64,000 bases of DNA from the NCBI GenBank assembly GCA_965644265.1, contig OZ286461.1, forward strand, positions 35,650,001 through 35,714,000, in the 5' to 3' direction. Of the stretch, positions 59,483 through 64,000 are shown one piece after another. Under the pieces are notes generated by a model that ran no database searches, was not told the DNA's origin, and saw only the letters and a list, made by a program, of their open reading frames with translations. Both the position numbers and the translations under genes were made by a program. This DNA comes from Glycera tridactyla. Lineage: Eukaryota. How positions within the stretch are numbered: the first letter of the stretch is position 1; the number at the start of each line of letters is the position of its first letter.

Positions 59483-60415
59483 TAGGCCTTGAACGATTTA
59501 CCACGGATACGAATCGATACGTATCGCGATACACTGCTCACGATACGATATCTCAACGATATATCTCAAATATTTTGCGAAAACATGGAAGAAATTAGTG
59601 TCTCTTTCCTGGCGCCCCACATTCGTAATGATAGTCAGAAACTTACTAAAAAATTCGCCCTTGCAGATTGAAGGATGCCAAAGAACCTGATCACCTCGGA
59701 TTTTCGATAAGACACAGTTAAATGATATTTGCGTGTGGCCAAATATGTGGTGTGAAGCGGGCGAAAATGAGGGACTTGCTGGAAAAACAAGACCTTCACG
59801 GCTTTGTGCTTTCGCCATGCAATGAATATAAGTGATATCTGAACAAATCCCTATATCAAACGAATCCTGGTAACTTTATGCATCATACTGCGCAAATGAT
59901 TTAGTGATATATTGTATAGTTTTCTTGTGATGGCGAGGTGAAAAATTGTGTCGTGACCAAGAGTTAGTGAAAAATCAAGATGGCGCCCGTCGGAATAACA
60001 CCATGTGCGTTTCACACTGCTTGCCTTTCAGCGCGAAACACGGCAAGAAATATTCATTTCAGAGCTCAAATACGTGTACAAATCGCTTCCTGACATTTTA
60101 CTGGCACTAGTTTATGAAAATATAATTGATTTAAGTTGTTATTCGTAAAATAATTCTCGCAAGCACGAGATGACAACAAGATGCGCAGAAGACGTATTTT
60201 CATTGGTTCATTCACTCTGGCTGCGCAGGTGTCAAAGCAACATGGCTGCGCCCTCGAACAAATGGATTTATCACGTTTGGGGTGCATTTCTTGCTGTTTC
60301 TCATCGATTGAACAATTTGACGATATATCGTGGAATTTTTCGGGTGTATCGTGACCAGGCCGATATGGAAAAAATAATCGATCCGTGAGTGTATCGGCGA
60401 ATCGTTCAAGGCCTA
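59483..60415. mobile_element. hAT non-autonomous element, 933 bp, 8-bp TSD
   Basis: 16-bp TIR taggccttgaacgatt/aatcgttcaaggccta; CTGTAGAG duplicated at 59475-59482 and 60416-60423. Confidence 0.9.
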
Positions 60416-61816
60416 CTGTAGAGGTGGTCATTGTTGACATGAAAGATGATCTATTCAGTGCGACCATTTCTTGAGAGATTCCATTCAGCATAACATATGA
60501 ACACACTCATGACTCTGTTTCAAAAGAATGCTTTCGCAGCACACTGTAGAGGTGGTCATTGTGGGCCCCCGATGACAGGTTTCACTTTTCATTACAACTT
60601 TTGACACGAAAGATGATCTATTCAGTGTGACCATTTCTTGACGGATTTCATTCAGCATAACATATGAACACACCCATGACTCTGTTTCTAAAGATTGCTT
60701 TCACAAGCATTCACATTGAGCTTCCATAGATTTGTTCTGTCCTTAGGTAATTGACACCCTCATCTGTTCATGGGGGTTGTTTGAATAGTGATATAAAAGA
60801 GTAGCATCAAATAAATGGGTGATTTGCTTTCTATGCTATATACACTTCTGTAGTGTGCACTGCGGTGCATAAGTCTCAAAAGCCTCAAAAGTCGGTTCAT
60901 TTGTCAGCAGGGTTATTGTTCACTTCTAATCAGCGGAAACTCTAGAAATGCAACACTTCCGTTGTTGGAGGTAGCGACACAATGCGTTACCTGCTGTTAA
61001 TGTGCATTCTGTGATGAGTGACATACGTGTGTGATATGCGATGATCAGGGTCAGGTGAGGGTCAGGCTGTGGCCAGCCGCTTTCATTAGTCTGATGGAAA
61101 CGCTGAAAACAAGAAGCCTTTTATCATATATCAGAAGTAACATGCCCTCCCGCCGGCTCATAAACCCAGCATATATTACCTGGAAGTCTGATCCATCTTC
61201 TGCTATGCTTTGACCTCTTCTGCCTGATCCTACCCCACATCAGCTCCTATAGCAAGAACGCATCATCATGTGATGGAAGTTGAAGGCAAAGAATGGGAGC
61301 CTTCAACCTCCACCACATGATGTGTTCTCGCTTTTATCCCACAGAAATTGATGAATTGTTTATTAATAGTATGTGTTTTGCAAATACAGTGAGAATTCAG
61401 GCTGAAGTTCAGCAAGTGTGGGACGCATTATTTACTGTGATGTGTGCACCCAAAAGTGCTGTTGATTGGGATGCCATGGTTCTTGATGCAGCCCGAACCT
61501 GGAAGACAATCCCTCGCCATAGCAAAGTTGACTAATTCAAAGGATCACATTGTGACGTCAACATTTTCGATGCATCCATGTGATCCGCTACACAAGATCA
61601 CACTGCTGTGATTCACAGGGATTTGGACCCACCTATGAGATAATGCTCAGTTCTGTGTATCCAGATTCCCATCAGAATTCAGTTTCTGCCATTCATTATT
61701 TATGCAGAAAGGTCTCAAATCACACATCGACAGTATATTGGAATCTGTACCAAAAAACCAGCCTAAATGTCAACAAATAGTGGTCACACAAAACGGATGG
61801 TCTCTTGTTGGAGTTA

Positions 61817-62302
61817 CAGTAAAACCTGCTCGAGTGAAAACCTATGCTAGGTGAAATCCTGTCTTAAGCACATACGCCATGGACTGCCCAACTGTTTTTT
61901 CACTATAATTGTCCTAGATTAGGCAAAAACCTGTCTAACCTGAACAATGAAACACCATTTTTGGTCCCATGGTGCCTTCCATCCTGTCATATGTGAAAAG
62001 TAAAGTTGTGATCAGCTCAATAGTGAGCAGTTCTACATTGCTTATTGCAGGTAATGGCTACCATTTAGGCCGGTGGCTGGTTATGTTAGAGAGGTGATTG
62101 CTTGTTACAGGTCATTTAAGAAGTATTTGGTATTGAGGCAAACAAAAGCGATCGTTCAAGAGAGGTGATCGCTCATGACAGGTTTCACTGTATTTTTTAT
62201 CCATATCAGACAAAGAGTAGTGAAATCCTGTGCTAAGTGAAATCCTGTCTCAAGTGAAATCATTTTTTGGTCCCGTGACTTCATTTTAGACAGGTTTTAC
62301 TG
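61817..62302. mobile_element. TA-flanked MITE, 486 bp
   Basis: Highly similar to 51660-52146. Confidence 0.85.
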
Positions 62303-64000
62303 TATATCTGACTATGTCAAATTGGGACGGCCTTCTATAAAGCGATCTCTCTCACGTCAAGGAGTCTATTGTCACAGGTTCCACTGTATTGTCAATCACT
62401 TCATAACCGTTCAACTAGAACAATTCTAGTGTACAAGTACTGTGTAGTTGAAAAGGTTGCTTTCATCATTTCCGGTATATAACTGTATATATACAGTTAA
62501 ATTTGTCTTAAGCAAGACTTGAACTAAGTATGAACTTGCCCTAAGCTTCCTTTTGCTGCATGTTTGGGGCAAGTTTTACTGTATACAGTTTGAGCCTGGG
62601 ATTCGCCATCTACAGCCAGCAACACTGCTCTGCAACTGGATAGACTGCTCCCCATTCTGATTGGTCAATCTTGGAGACTGAAATCGCAGTCAGCTGACCA
62701 GGCACACATTACAGAGTGGGACGACAAGTGACAAGCTGAAAGTGACATTTTTGAGGTAATCCCAATTATCATGTGGATATACAGGCTAGAAAGAACTAGC
62801 ATAATAATTAGTCAAGTAACTGCTTGAGGTTTCAACCCCTGGTTCTTATTCATAACTTGTTTAGTAAAACTTGTAGTTTAGGATATTTCAGGTGTCTCAC
62901 AGTAAGCTGCTTGAGGTTTCAAAGCTTTACGAGATCCTTCCATATATTTTCATCAATTCTTTAGCCACTCTGCTGCTGCTCATTTGTATGGCACTAAAGG
63001 GGAAAGATCACATGACAATACTATTTAACAATATCGATGGCTTAGCGCAAAGTTAGTCCAACTTCCTATGAATATAGTTTTGCTCTGAGCCATCTATATA
63101 CTGTTGGGAGGTTGTACAGACCCTGCAAGTCAGCTCTTAGAGGTCAAGACCTGCCTACATCATGCATGAGATGGCGATATTGTCATTAATTAGAGAGTGC
63201 TCTCTGGTGGTGGCTTCTGGCATTACTCACATGTTCACACCTGGCCATGAGTTCACACCTGATCCACCTTTATTTTTGTTGTAAGGATTGATCCTGGTGG
63301 CCCGGCTTGTGAGTGTCATTTGTAATTAGCAAAGTGCCCTGGCACTGACAGCTTATGAGTTTCACAGTATGTTAGGAGTTACCTATGTAACACAAGGTAG
63401 CGAGGTATCTTGCTGTGATGGGCTGTTGCTCTGGATTAAAATTCCTGCTGAAGACTATATACATGTATTAGAGAACACCTGAGTTCTTTTCATCCTCGAT
63501 CGAAGGGTTCTATGTGGATTAGCAAAAGAAAAATGGCAGATATGCTGACTCACCTGTGTTTTGGGAACCATATGCCTATTGTACAATTGACAAACAGTTA
63601 CAAAATACAAAATACTTGCTACAATATTGGGGATAGCTTACAAGATAAAAGCAGAATGTCAGATTGATGTGATATAGTTTAGCAATACGGTGATACCTGC
63701 GATGAAAGACTCCTGACAGGACTCTGCTTTTTCAGAGCAGCTTCTCGATTTGGCATAGCCAAATTTATGTTCGACGAGAGACCATCTTTTTTGAGATACT
63801 ACTTTGGTGACATTCAGCATGGTCTCTCATCACAGGTTTCACTGTAGCAAATATTGGGTTGCATGATGGGAATCTAGAGTTTAGTGTTGAATACCGTATT
63901 CTCCCTAATAAGAGCCCCGACCCCCATTAGCGCCCCCCCCCCTCCTGCGGGAGAGAGAAGTTGCCACAGTCCAGGATGTTTGAATTTCCCGCACTTTCTG

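Noticed and set aside
61293-61780. Short ORFs / possible RTE C-terminal relic on the minus strand
   Set aside because: Motif pieces are scattered over three frames; too weak without a search.

Overview
AT-rich animal (probably invertebrate) genomic DNA with six N runs. The first ~12 kb holds the 3' part of a plus-strand, 14-exon gene (78-11831). Its exons splice in frame to 697 aa with the layout FN3(partial)-Ig-Ig-DB module-FN3-FN3-TM-cytoplasmic tail; the tail has an FENPGY (NPxY) motif and Tyr motifs, resembling the IGDB-type Ig/FNIII/DB proteins. In the other ~52 kb I found no convincing host exons, only repeats: a 5'-truncated but uninterrupted CR1/L2-group LINE ORF2 (43243-45921), LINE and Penelope relics, a SINE, more than 20 TA-flanked Tc1/pogo-type MITEs, hAT-like MITEs with 8-, 5- and possibly 6-bp TSDs, Helentron-associated (HINE-like) elements and minisatellites. 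Most notable: a triplicated splice acceptor (3724-3915), a 68-nt intronic hairpin beside a micro-exon (9468-9535), a tailed repeat family whose ~10 copies all lie on the same strand, and TEs carrying internal satellite arrays. All calls are manual; no searches were run, and I found no clear evidence of a wholly new system.
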